23,164 bases of DNA from a bacterium (GCA_050125095.1 JASFEA010000036.1:1-23164); one strand, 5' to 3'; shown: positions 9,996 to 19,011, counted from the first letter of the stretch. A program made the numbers and translations. The notes: a model not told the origin generated them from the letters alone.

Positions 9996-11243
9996 ATGGA
10001 AGCAGGTTCCGACATATGGGCTCGACTCCTCAGTGTTCTTCACACAAGCGACGTTCTGACCCTGGGCGTACTCATATTCGCCGGGTTCCTGATGGGGAAG
10101 GTCGCGGAGCGTGTCAGGCTTCCCGCCATTACGGGTTACATTGTCGCGGGCGTGCTTGCGGGCCCGTCCCTCCTGGGCCTCGTGAGCGAGGAGACCGGTG
10201 ACAGTCTCGCCGGCATAACACATGTCGCCCTCGGCCTGATAGCGCTGACTATAGGCGGCGAGTTCAGCCTCGCGCGTGTCAGGCGCACCGGGGTCAATAT
10301 CATAGTGCTCACCATGTTCGAGGCCCTTTTCGCCTTTGCCCTCGTCACCGCAGTAATGCGCTCGCTGGGGGTGGCAACGCCCGTATCGCTTCTCCTGGGA
10401 TCCATTGCGGCAGCCACGGCCCCGGCCGCTACGGTCGTCATAATAAGAGAGCTTAAGGCGCGCGGGGAGTTCATAGACTACCTCTATGGTGTGGTCGCCT
10501 TCGACGATGCGGTATGCGTCGTTCTCTTCAGCGTGATCTTCGCCTTCATAACTCCTGCTCTCTCGGGCGCGGCCTCGGGAGCCGGCGTGCTGGGGGGACT
10601 CTGGCACGCCGTATCGGAGATCGTGCTGTCGGGCCTAATAGGGTTCGTGGGCGGTATGGCCGTGCACCTTCTGGTGCGTCGCAGGCACAGGACCGGCGAG
10701 GTTCTCCTGATATCCATCTCGTTCCTCTTCCTGGTCTCGGCGCTGTCGATTGTGCTCAATCTGTCATCGCTCATTGCCAATATGGCCATGGGGGCCTGCC
10801 TCATTAATCTCTCGTCGAGGAACAGGAGGGTGTTCGAGATACTCGAGCCCCTGACCCCGCCGATCTTCGCGCTGTTCTTCGTGATAGCGGGCACCGAACT
10901 CAGTATTTCGGTCTTTGCATCGGGCTTCATAGTGCTCCTTGGTACGGCCGCGATTCTGAGCCGGTTTGCCGGCAAGTGGGCGGGCATATACCTGGGCGCT
11001 TCGCTGACGCGCGCGCCCGATGAGGTCAGGAAGTATCTGGGATTCTGCCTGGTGCCCCAGGCGGGCGTCGCGCTGGGGCTGGCCCTGTTCGTGCGCACGT
11101 CGCCGCTTGCGATGTCCCTGCCGCCGGGGGCCAGGGAGTATATGGCGCTTACCGTGGACGTGGTTCTCTTAAGCGTTTTCATTAGCCAGATTGTGGGGCC
11201 GGCGGTCTCGCGCTATGGAATAAAGAGGGGCGTTGGACTATGA
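9996..11243 (+). CDS. Cation:proton antiporter (CPA2/KefB-like Na+(K+)/H+ exchanger)
   Basis: About 12 hydrophobic segments. RLPAITGYIVAGVLAGP, ATAPA, AFDD, FFVIAG and PQAGVALGLA motifs. The start is placed at ATG 9996 because the longer ORF-track N-terminus is not protein-like. Confidence 0.87.
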   Translation: MEAGSDIWARLLSVLHTSDVLTLGVLIFAGFLMGKVAERVRLPAITGYIVAGVLAGPSLLGLVSEETGDSLAGITHVALGLIALTIGGEFSLARVRRTGVNIIVLTMFEALFAFALVTAVMRSLGVATPVSLLLGSIAAATAPAATVVIIRELKARGEFIDYLYGVVAFDDAVCVVLFSVIFAFITPALSGAASGAGVLGGLWHAVSEIVLSGLIGFVGGMAVHLLVRRRHRTGEVLLISISFLFLVSALSIVLNLSSLIANMAMGACLINLSSRNRRVFEILEPLTPPIFALFFVIAGTELSISVFASGFIVLLGTAAILSRFAGKWAGIYLGASLTRAPDEVRKYLGFCLVPQAGVALGLALFVRTSPLAMSLPPGAREYMALTVDVVLLSVFISQIVGPAVSRYGIKRGVGL

Positions 11244-11257
11244 GGGGGGTGAGGTAA

Positions 11258-12073
11258 ATGGGAATTCTCGAGGCGCTCAAGGAACAGGCGTGCTCGCTGT
11301 CGCTTTCCGCGAAGTCCAAGGGCGAATGCCTGAAGGAGCTTGGCGGGCTCATAGCGTCGGCAGCGCCAGGCCTGGAAGCGGGCGATGCGTTCAGACTGCT
11401 CGATCAAAGGGAAAGCGAGGGCTCTACCGCTCTTACAGACGGCGTCGCGATACCGCATGCGAGGATCGAGGGCCTTGGTGACTTCGTGCTAGGCATAGCA
11501 ATATCCAAGAAGGGGGTCAGGTTCGAAAGCCCCGACAACAAGAAGACCCATATATTCTTTGTGCTCATCGGGCCTGAGGAGAAGCCCCAGGATTATCTCG
11601 AGCTGCTTGCCCTCATCTCGCGCGTGGCCAAGAGCGTGAGAGCCAGGCGCGACCTCCGCAACGCCAGGACGGTGAACGCGCTCAAGGAGGCCTTCCTGCA
11701 GAATTCTGGATTGGCTCCCGTTAAGGAGCGCAAGGGCAAGCTCAAGCTCTTCACGATCGTGCTCTTCGAGAAGCAGCATATGGATGACATCAGCCAGCTC
11801 TTTCTCGAACGCGGTATACGCGGGGCTTCTGTGACGGATTCGTCCGGCGTGCAGGACGTTCTCTCGAGAGTGCCGCTGTTTGCCAACTTCTTAGACTTTC
11901 TCGGAGAGCGGCGCGCGACGAGCAAGACCATTTCGACCATAGTCGAAGAGAGCGAAATACCGGCCCTGGTGGAAGGCATAGAGGAGATCATAGGGGATCT
12001 CGATACCCACACCGGCGCATATGTGTACGCCGTGGACGTGGACTTCCTTAAGGGCTCGCTCGAGCCCATGTAG
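11258..12073 (+). CDS. PTS EIIA (Fru/Ntr type) domain fused to a C-terminal PII-like domain
   Basis: RESEGSTALTDGVAIPHAR carries the EIIA phospho-His signature. The last ~110 aa (KLFTIVL…GIRGASVTDSSG…SKTISTIV…GDLDTHTGAYVYAVDV) follow the PII/GlnB-like pattern. RBS is GAGGT. Confidence 0.8.
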   Translation: MGILEALKEQACSLSLSAKSKGECLKELGGLIASAAPGLEAGDAFRLLDQRESEGSTALTDGVAIPHARIEGLGDFVLGIAISKKGVRFESPDNKKTHIFFVLIGPEEKPQDYLELLALISRVAKSVRARRDLRNARTVNALKEAFLQNSGLAPVKERKGKLKLFTIVLFEKQHMDDISQLFLERGIRGASVTDSSGVQDVLSRVPLFANFLDFLGERRATSKTISTIVEESEIPALVEGIEEIIGDLDTHTGAYVYAVDVDFLKGSLEPM

Positions 12074-12162
12074 GGAGCTGCAGGGAGACGGAATAAGTTC
12101 TAAGGAGTCATGGAGTCGCGGCCTACCTACGCAGGCCGCGATCGAGAGCGGGAGGGGTGCGA

Positions 12163-12645
12163 GTGGGTACTGCCAGGAAACCTGCAGTGATCGCGGCAGT
12201 CGTTCTGGCGCTGCTTATCATATTCCAGGTGCTCCTGGCGGCAGGACTTCCCATGGGCAGGGCGGCCTGGGGCGGTGAGCACCGCGTCCTCCCGGCAAAC
12301 CTGAGGATAGGGAGCCTTCTGGCCATCGTGATACTCGGTTTCGCGGTCTTTGTGGTACTTGCCAGTGCCGGACTCATCGCCACCGGCTCCCGGTCGCGGG
12401 CCGTTCGTGTCATAGCCTGGATATTCGCGGGCTACTTCTGTCTGAATATATTGATGAACTTAGTCTCCAGGAGCCCGCCGGAGAGATACATCATGACGCC
12501 CGTGGCGACGGTCGTGGCGGTGTGCTTTATTCTCGTCGCCCGGTCGCAGACTGCCGGCGGTCATCCCGGCGACGAGGGTCGCGGCAATGCGGGCGACGGC
12601 TCCGACTCCGACAATGGTACCGGCACGAATACCGGTAGCAACTGA
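12163..12645 (+). CDS. Hypothetical membrane protein (about 4 TM helices)
   Basis: Four hydrophobic stretches and an LAAGLPMGRAAWGG segment. GGAGG at 12151 precedes GTG 12163. The stop overlaps the next start (TGATG). Confidence 0.7.
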   Translation: MGTARKPAVIAAVVLALLIIFQVLLAAGLPMGRAAWGGEHRVLPANLRIGSLLAIVILGFAVFVVLASAGLIATGSRSRAVRVIAWIFAGYFCLNILMNLVSRSPPERYIMTPVATVVAVCFILVARSQTAGGHPGDEGRGNAGDGSDSDNGTGTNTGSN

Positions 12646-13691
12646 TGAATCCAATGAGGCTGGACATACAAAAGCTATCCGATTGCATTGAGCGCCAGGC
12701 CGAGCCGGAGCCCTTCTCCGGCGTAATTTACCTTACGAGGGGCGATGAGGTTCTATTTGAGAAGGCATATGGCCTGGCCATCAGGTCCGAGTCCATACCC
12801 AACAGAGTGACGACCAGGTTCCAGACGGCGTCGGGGTGCAAGATCTTCACGAGCGTCGCCGTCTGCCGGCTGGTCGAAGAGGGGAAGCTCGGATTCGATA
12901 CGCGCCTCAGCGATTGCGTGGATGTGGAGTTCCCCAATTATGATCCCGGCATAACAATACGCCACCTTCTGACTCATACCTCGGGCATCACTTCCTATTT
13001 CGAGGAGGACGTCGACCCGGATTACGAAGCTCTCTGGCGCGATGTGCCCGTGTACCGGATTTGGCGCCCGGCCGACTTCCTGCCTCTCTTTAAGGACAAG
13101 TCCATGAAGTTTGCGCCGGGGGAGAAGTTCGACTACAACGACGGGGGTTATATTCTGCTCGGCCTCGTCGTAGAGGCCTTAAGCGGCGTGACCTTCCAGG
13201 CATACGTCCAGAAGGCGGTATTCGAGCCGGCCGGCATGGCGGACTCGGGGTATTTTGCCACCGACCAGCTTCCGGAGCGAACCGCCTATGCCTACATAGG
13301 GAACGACGACGGCACATGGCGCACCAACTTCTTTGCCGTTCCCATAGTAGGCGCGCCCGACGGCGGCGCTTACACCACGGCCCCGGATATGGCCAGTTTC
13401 TGGACGGCGCTTAAAGAGAACCGACTTCTTTCCCCCGAGACTACGGAGTCAATGACGAAGTCCCCTGTCGCTACTTCCTGGAAAGCGCCATACGGGCACT
13501 ATGGATATGGTGTGTGGATCGACGTTGGGGAAGAGACTCTAAGAAAGTACTTCGTGGAAGGGTCTGACCCGGGGGTGGCGATGAGGTCGGCGGTCTATCC
13601 TGTTGAGGGCGTTGCTCTCACGATGATAGGCAATACCGGCCGAGCCCTGTGGCCACTCTACAGGGAGGTAGAGGGGCTGCTTGGGCTGTGA
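12645..13691 (+). CDS. Serine hydrolase, beta-lactamase/AmpC-PBP superfamily (no signal peptide)
   Basis: FQTASGCK (SxxK), TIRHLLTHTSG, PGEKFDYND (YxN-like) and GYG motifs. Confidence 0.87.
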   Translation: MNPMRLDIQKLSDCIERQAEPEPFSGVIYLTRGDEVLFEKAYGLAIRSESIPNRVTTRFQTASGCKIFTSVAVCRLVEEGKLGFDTRLSDCVDVEFPNYDPGITIRHLLTHTSGITSYFEEDVDPDYEALWRDVPVYRIWRPADFLPLFKDKSMKFAPGEKFDYNDGGYILLGLVVEALSGVTFQAYVQKAVFEPAGMADSGYFATDQLPERTAYAYIGNDDGTWRTNFFAVPIVGAPDGGAYTTAPDMASFWTALKENRLLSPETTESMTKSPVATSWKAPYGHYGYGVWIDVGEETLRKYFVEGSDPGVAMRSAVYPVEGVALTMIGNTGRALWPLYREVEGLLGL

Positions 13692-13770
13692 GGGGATTTC
13701 ACTACTACTGGGCAGCTGCCGGCTCGTACTCAGGAGCATGTATATTGACTCAGGTGAATCGCCCCGGGAC

Positions 13771-13794
13771 TGCCGGAGACTCCATTTTCCGGCA
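13771..13794. terminator. Possible hairpin/terminator between convergent genes
   Basis: TGCCGGA-gactccattt-TCCGGCA inverted repeat. On the minus strand there is no strong U-tract. Confidence 0.3.
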
Positions 13795-13850
13795 AACACG
13801 ATGTCCTGATGATGGGTACTCCTGCACTATAAAAGGCAGAAGAGCTTGGG

Positions 13851-15041
13851 CTACTCGAGAGCTGCGGCCAGTATCTCCGTAACGTCCATGACCTCGATCT
13901 CTATGCCCATGGACTTGGCCGTCTCCTGGATCATCTGCTGGCAATAGGGGCAGGCCACCGCGATTACGTCCGCGCCAGTAGCCGTGAGCTGCTCTAGGCG
14001 GACGGCGACGATCCTCTCGTCCTTGTCCCACTCGTTCCAGAGGGCTCCGCCGCCTGCGCCGCAGCAGACGCTGAACTCGCGATTGAAGTCGGGGACCTCC
14101 AGGAGCTCCAGTCCGGGTATGCTCCTCAAGACTTGCCGCGGCTCATCATAGACGCCGCTCTGCCTTCCGAGAGTGCATGGGTCGTGATAGACGACCTTCT
14201 TCTTGAACTCCCCGGCCGGTTTGAGCTTGCCCTCTGCTATGAGCCCGGCCAGTACCTGGGTTATGTGGACGGCTTCGAACCGGGCCCCGTGCTCGGGGTA
14301 TTCGTTTTTGAAGGTCACGTAGCAGTGAGGCGAGTTGACCAGCACGCGGTTCGCGCCGGCTTCGGTGAACGCCGCGATGTTTGCGGCGGCGTTCTCCATG
14401 AACACCTCTTCGGCCCCGACGCGCCTTATTGCCTCCGAGCAGCATTTGTTTGCCGCGGGGAGGAGACCGAAGGAGACGCCGGCGGCCTTGAGGGCCCTGG
14501 CGACGGCCTTTGATACCTCTTTTATGCGAGGGTCATAGGAAGATATGCAGCAGGAGAAGTAGAGGTAGTCCATGCCGGCCTCGTAGGCCGGGATGTCGAG
14601 TTCCTTGGCCCAGTCCAGGCGCTTCTCGGCGGGGTCGCCGGTGGGATTGCCCGTGTCGCGTATTCTCCCCACTACGTCCTTGAGCGCCTCGGGATAGGAG
14701 CCGTATTCCACGAGTATCCGCCTCGCCGCCCTCAGTATGGTCGGGATCCTGACGCCGTGCGGGCACTGATTGACGCAGGCCTCGCAGCCGACGCAGCGGT
14801 AGATCTTGTCGACCTCCGCCATGAGGTCGTCCTTGTCCTCGCTGCTCGCCATCATCCCGAGCGCGGCTTCGAGGGGGAAGCGGTAGACGGGGAAGTCGTA
14901 TGTGCCCACCTGGAACCACGGGCAGACGCTGGTGCACTTGCCGCACTGGTAGCATTTGAATATGTCTTCCGCGCCCATCTCGAGGAGGAATTCCCTGATT
15001 TCGGGATTGAGCTCGTCTACCAGTGACTTTCTGTCAGTCAA
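13851..15041 (-). CDS. Soluble HdrD/FadF-like Fe-S oxidoreductase (2x[4Fe-4S] plus two CCG domains)
   Basis: CYQCGKCTSVCP and CVGCEACVNQCP, then KCCSE…SPHC and YHDPC…CCGAGGG…ACPYC. No TM segments. Overlaps the hdrA stop by 8 nt. Confidence 0.87.
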   Translation of the reverse strand: MTDRKSLVDELNPEIREFLLEMGAEDIFKCYQCGKCTSVCPWFQVGTYDFPVYRFPLEAALGMMASSEDKDDLMAEVDKIYRCVGCEACVNQCPHGVRIPTILRAARRILVEYGSYPEALKDVVGRIRDTGNPTGDPAEKRLDWAKELDIPAYEAGMDYLYFSCCISSYDPRIKEVSKAVARALKAAGVSFGLLPAANKCCSEAIRRVGAEEVFMENAAANIAAFTEAGANRVLVNSPHCYVTFKNEYPEHGARFEAVHITQVLAGLIAEGKLKPAGEFKKKVVYHDPCTLGRQSGVYDEPRQVLRSIPGLELLEVPDFNREFSVCCGAGGGALWNEWDKDERIVAVRLEQLTATGADVIAVACPYCQQMIQETAKSMGIEIEVMDVTEILAAALE

Positions 15042-16986
15042 ATAGCACCTCTACCATTCTCGTAAGCTGTTCGTCGCTCAGGTTCTTCTGCTGTGTTGCT
15101 CCCGTCCCGCAGGCCACGACACACGCGCCGCAGCCCTTGCACAGCGCCTCCACCACGCGGACGACCTTTTTCTCCTCGTCGTACTCGCGCGCGTCATACG
15201 GGCATGTGCTTATGCAGAACTGGCAGCCCGAGCACAGGTCCTCGTCGACCCATGCCACCATGGGCTCCACCAGGAGCTCCTTCCTTAAGAACATCTCGAG
15301 CACCTTGGACGCGGCGGCGGATGCCTGCGAGACGGTCTCGGGGATGTCCTTGGGGCCCTGCGCGCAGCCGGCCAGGAAGAAGCCGGGCGCGAGGGACTCC
15401 ACCGGGCGGAGCTTGGGATGGGCCTCGCTGAAAAAGCCGTGCTCGTTGGTGTGGATCCTGAGCTGCCTGGCGAGCTCGGCGGCCGCGGGGGAGGGAGCTA
15501 TGGGCGTTGCCAGCACCGCCATGTCGCAGTCTACCCGCATCTGTTTGCCGCTTAAGGTGTTGGTGCACCAGACCGCGACTCCGTCCTCGGTTTGAAGCAC
15601 CCTCGAGGGCTTGCCCCTGACATAGATGACATTCTCTTGCTGCTTTGCCCTTGCGTAGAACTCCTCATATGTCTTGCCGGAAGTCCGGACGTCGATGGTG
15701 AATATGATGGCCTCGCCGTCGGGTACGTGTTCCCTGTAGAGCATGGCGTGCTTGGCCAGGTACATGCAGCAGACCTTGGAGCAATATGGCATGTAGTGTT
15801 CGGGATCGCGCGAGCCCGCGCATGATATGAACGCGACGCGCTTGGGCACCTTGCCGTCCGACGGCCGCCTGACCTCGCCCGCCGTTGGGCCGGAAGCCGA
15901 GAGCAGCCTCTCGAACTGAAGGCCGTGGACGACGTCCGGTATGCGGCCCGAGCCGTATTCGGCCAGGTTGGCCTTGTCGTAGAGCTCGTATCCGGTCGCG
16001 ACAACCACGGCTCCGACCCCTTCCTCCACGATCTCGTCCTGCTGCTCGTAGTCGATCGCCCCGAGCGTGCAATTGGTCTTGCACGCCCCGCACTTCCCGT
16101 CCTTCGTGAAATAGAGGCAGGTTTGCCGGTCTATTACCGGCCTGTTGGGCACGGCCTGGGGGAACGGGGTATATATGGCCTTCCTGTCCCCGAGCCCCTC
16201 GTCGAACTCCGACGGCACCTTGACCGGGCACTTCTCAATGCATATGCCGCAGCCCGTGCAGGCAGCGCTGTCCACGCATGAGGCCTTCTTCCTGATGCGC
16301 ACCGTGAAGTTGCCGACACTGCCTGATATGTCCTCGACCTCGGAGTAGGTGAGTAGTTTTATGTTGGGGTTCTGGGAAACGTCCACCATTTTGGGCGTCA
16401 GTATGCACTGCGAGCAGTCCAGCGTGGGAAAAGTCTCCGAGAGCTGCGCCATGTGGCCGCCCACCGACGGCGTCTTCTCGACAAGCACCACTTCATAGCC
16501 CGAGTTGGCGATGTCCAGGGCCGCCTGGATGCCGGCGATGCCCCCGCCGATTACGAGGGCGCGGGGAGTGACCGGGATCCTGGCCGGGGTCAGCATCTCG
16601 TTGAGTTTCACCTTCTCGACGATTGTCTTGATAATGCCTATGGCCTTTGCCGTCGCGGTGGCCGTGTCGGTGTGGACCCAGCTGCATTGCTCGCGGATGT
16701 TGGCTATCTCGGCGAGGTAGGAATTGAGGCCCGCGGCCTCCGCCGTCCTCCGGAAGGTGGCTTCATGCAGCGACGGGGAGCATGCGGCCACGACGATGCC
16801 CTCCAGGCCCTTCTCCTCGATTGTCTTCCTTATAAGAGCCTGGCCGGGGTCCGAGCACATGTACTTGTAGTTTTCACAGTGCTCGACGCCGTCGAGTACG
16901 GCGATCTCTTCCACGACCCGGTCGACGTCGACCGTGCCGGCTATGTTCCTGCCGCAATGACAGACAAAGACGCCGATTCTTTTCAT
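15034..16986 (-). CDS. hdrA: Heterodisulfide reductase subunit A-like FAD/Fe-S protein
   Basis: GVFVCHCG…ACSP…NIREQCSW N-terminus, GGGIAG FAD motif, ETFPTLDCSQC, an inserted ferredoxin, CAGSRD…YCSKVCCMY, GCAQGPKDI and a C-terminal ferredoxin. Confidence 0.93.
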   Translation of the reverse strand: MKRIGVFVCHCGRNIAGTVDVDRVVEEIAVLDGVEHCENYKYMCSDPGQALIRKTIEEKGLEGIVVAACSPSLHEATFRRTAEAAGLNSYLAEIANIREQCSWVHTDTATATAKAIGIIKTIVEKVKLNEMLTPARIPVTPRALVIGGGIAGIQAALDIANSGYEVVLVEKTPSVGGHMAQLSETFPTLDCSQCILTPKMVDVSQNPNIKLLTYSEVEDISGSVGNFTVRIRKKASCVDSAACTGCGICIEKCPVKVPSEFDEGLGDRKAIYTPFPQAVPNRPVIDRQTCLYFTKDGKCGACKTNCTLGAIDYEQQDEIVEEGVGAVVVATGYELYDKANLAEYGSGRIPDVVHGLQFERLLSASGPTAGEVRRPSDGKVPKRVAFISCAGSRDPEHYMPYCSKVCCMYLAKHAMLYREHVPDGEAIIFTIDVRTSGKTYEEFYARAKQQENVIYVRGKPSRVLQTEDGVAVWCTNTLSGKQMRVDCDMAVLATPIAPSPAAAELARQLRIHTNEHGFFSEAHPKLRPVESLAPGFFLAGCAQGPKDIPETVSQASAAASKVLEMFLRKELLVEPMVAWVDEDLCSGCQFCISTCPYDAREYDEEKKVVRVVEALCKGCGACVVACGTGATQQKNLSDEQLTRMVEVLFD

Positions 16987-17961
16987 CTACTGCTTCATTT
17001 CCGCTATGCTGTTCTTGAGCACCGGCAGTACCTTGAAGAGGTCGTCAACGATCCCGTAATCCGCCTCGTTGAATATGGGCGCTTCTGGGTCCTTATTTAT
17101 GGCCACTATCGTGTCCGAGTTCTTCATGCCCGTAAGGTGCTGGAATGAGCCCGATATCCCGATCGCGACGTAGAGTTTGGGCTTTATGGTCTTTCCCGAC
17201 GATCCGACGAGGCGGTCCTTGGGCAGCCACTCGGCGTCGGCGACGGGGCGCGAGCAGGCCACGACGCCTCCTATGGCCTCCGCGAACTCCTCTATGAGAG
17301 GGATGTTCTTCTGTTCCTTTATGCCGCGGCCGACGCTCACAATGATGTCGGCCTTGGTTATGTCCACGTCACCGGTAACGGCCTCTATGTAGTCCAAGAA
17401 CTTGAGATGCGCCGGGTCGGGCAGGGCGGGGGCGTCCAGCTTCACCACTTCCGCGTCGGCGCCTCCCTGCTCGGCGGCGGTGGCGCCGGCCCTCAGGCTC
17501 AGCAGATAGGAGGGGCCCTCCCTGAAGGAGACCCTCTCGTTGAGCTTGCCGTCGTACACCTGCCGCACGGCGACCGGTCGGTCGCCGGACATCTCTACGC
17601 CTATGCAGTCGGTGGTGAACGGGACATCCAGATGCGTGCCCAGCGCCGAGGTCAGCTCGATGCCGTAGGCCGTATGTCCTATGAGCGTTATGAAAGGCTG
17701 CTCCTTGCCGATGATGTCGGCCAGGGCCGCCTGGTAGAACTCGTTGTTGAAGTCCTTGAACGCCGGGTCGTCCACGACCAGGATGCGGTGGGCATGGGGC
17801 TTGAGGCTTGTGACCATGGAATCCGTTTCGGACCCCAGCAGCACGGCCGTGAGCTTGCTTCCCGTCTGGTCGGCAAGCTTCCTGCCGCAGGTCATCACCT
17901 CATAGGTCGCATCCCTGATCTCTCCCCGTCGATGCTCGACTAATGCAAGAATGTCACCCAT
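16987..17961 (-). CDS. etfA: Electron transfer flavoprotein alpha subunit
   Basis: VSVGRG, ACSRPVAD, VGSSGKT and LYVAIGISGSFQHLTGM…AINKD…APIF motifs. Confidence 0.93.
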   Translation of the reverse strand: MGDILALVEHRRGEIRDATYEVMTCGRKLADQTGSKLTAVLLGSETDSMVTSLKPHAHRILVVDDPAFKDFNNEFYQAALADIIGKEQPFITLIGHTAYGIELTSALGTHLDVPFTTDCIGVEMSGDRPVAVRQVYDGKLNERVSFREGPSYLLSLRAGATAAEQGGADAEVVKLDAPALPDPAHLKFLDYIEAVTGDVDITKADIIVSVGRGIKEQKNIPLIEEFAEAIGGVVACSRPVADAEWLPKDRLVGSSGKTIKPKLYVAIGISGSFQHLTGMKNSDTIVAINKDPEAPIFNEADYGIVDDLFKVLPVLKNSIAEMKQ

Positions 17962-17972
17962 GTCGTCCTCCG

Positions 17973-18746
17973 CTATATCAGACCTTTTTCCTTAAAAATC
18001 GTCGCCATCTTGACGGAGATCTCCTCGACGTTTCCCTCGAGGATCTCCGCGCGCTTTGTAACCGGCGGAATGAAGAGCTCCTCGACCTGGGTGTTCGCCC
18101 GGAGATCGCCTTCATTGACGCCGTCGCCTCCCAGGGTCTGGATTTCCTTCTTGGCCGCCTTGCGTATGGCGATGAGAGAGGCGTAGCGGGGAACGTTGAT
18201 CCCCGTCTGAACGGCAACCATCGCCGGAAGCGTTATCTCCAGGTGCTCCTGGAGCCCGCCCTCGACCTCTTTGTGTATGTCGGCCCTGTCGCCCTCGGCC
18301 TCGATCTTGCTCACCAGCGTGGCGTGGGGGATACCGAGGAGTTTCGCCAGCACGACGCCGACCTGGTAACAGGAGTCATCCGACGCCATCGTCCCCGCGA
18401 AGATGATATCGTAGGGAATGTCCTTGATGGCGGCGTGCAGGAGCTGGGCTGTCTTGTAAGCGTCGAGGTCGCCGAAGTCTTCCGCCTTCACCCTTATCGC
18501 ATTGTCCGCGCCCTTGGCGAGTGCCACGCGCAGCGTGTCCTGGGAGTCCGGCTGCCCCACCGAGAGCGCCGTGATAGTGCCCCCGTACTTCTCCTTAAAG
18601 AGCACGGCCTCTTCAAGCGCATAAGTGTCGAACTCGTTGGTATCGAAGGTCAGATGCTCCCTGTCGATTTTCTTTCCCGAGGAATCGACCCGGACTTCGG
18701 CTTCCGCCGTCTGGGGCACCCTCTTCATGAGCACTATGATATTCAA
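17973..18746 (-). CDS. etfB: Electron transfer flavoprotein beta subunit
   Basis: MKRVP, NEFDTYALEEA, ALAKGAD and NVPRY motifs. TTG start follows GAGGGG. Adjacent to etfA. Confidence 0.92.
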   Translation of the reverse strand: MNIIVLMKRVPQTAEAEVRVDSSGKKIDREHLTFDTNEFDTYALEEAVLFKEKYGGTITALSVGQPDSQDTLRVALAKGADNAIRVKAEDFGDLDAYKTAQLLHAAIKDIPYDIIFAGTMASDDSCYQVGVVLAKLLGIPHATLVSKIEAEGDRADIHKEVEGGLQEHLEITLPAMVAVQTGINVPRYASLIAIRKAAKKEIQTLGGDGVNEGDLRANTQVEELFIPPVTKRAEILEGNVEEISVKMATIFKEKGLI

Positions 18747-18823
18747 GCTAACCCCCTCTCTCGGCGTACTTCACCTTGGAAAGCGTCAGGCGGTGTTTTC
18801 ATGATTGTGACGCAAACCAGTAT

Positions 18824-18852
18824 AGTCTAAGCCAAGCCCAATCCGGGGTCAA
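18824..18852 (-). promoter_or_regulatory. Sigma70-type promoter of the etfBA-hdrA-hdrD operon
   Basis: On the minus strand: TTGACC (18852-18847), 17 nt, TAGACT (18829-18824). Confidence 0.55.
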
Positions 18853-18919
18853 GCTCGTTAGGAGGCGAGCAGGGGGGCGCCCCTGATGCCCCGCGGGCCG
18901 CAAAAACTCATCTTGCTGC

Positions 18920-18948
18920 TTGACAAATAGGATTAATTCCTAAATAAT
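18920..18948 (+). promoter_or_regulatory. Sigma70-type promoter of the diheme enzyme operon, with a Fur/PerR-type palindrome in the spacer
   Basis: TTGACA (18920-18925), 17 nt, AATAAT (18943-18948). The 7-1-7 palindrome TAGGATT-A-ATTCCTA (18928-18942) has one mismatch. Confidence 0.75.
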
Positions 18949-19011
18949 AGCAGCACCTCAAATAAAAGGAGTTTTGCAGACAAGCCGCAAACGCGGAAAG
19001 GGGGGTGAATC

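Noticed and set aside
15034-16986. Selenocysteine in HdrA
   Set aside because: The position that is Sec in some methanogens is Cys here (DCSQC), there is no in-frame TGA, and the terminal TGA falls at the normal C-terminus.
18805-18822. Rex operator upstream of etfB (TTGTGA…)
   Set aside because: Only one half-site is present; there is no matching TCACAA at the expected spacing.
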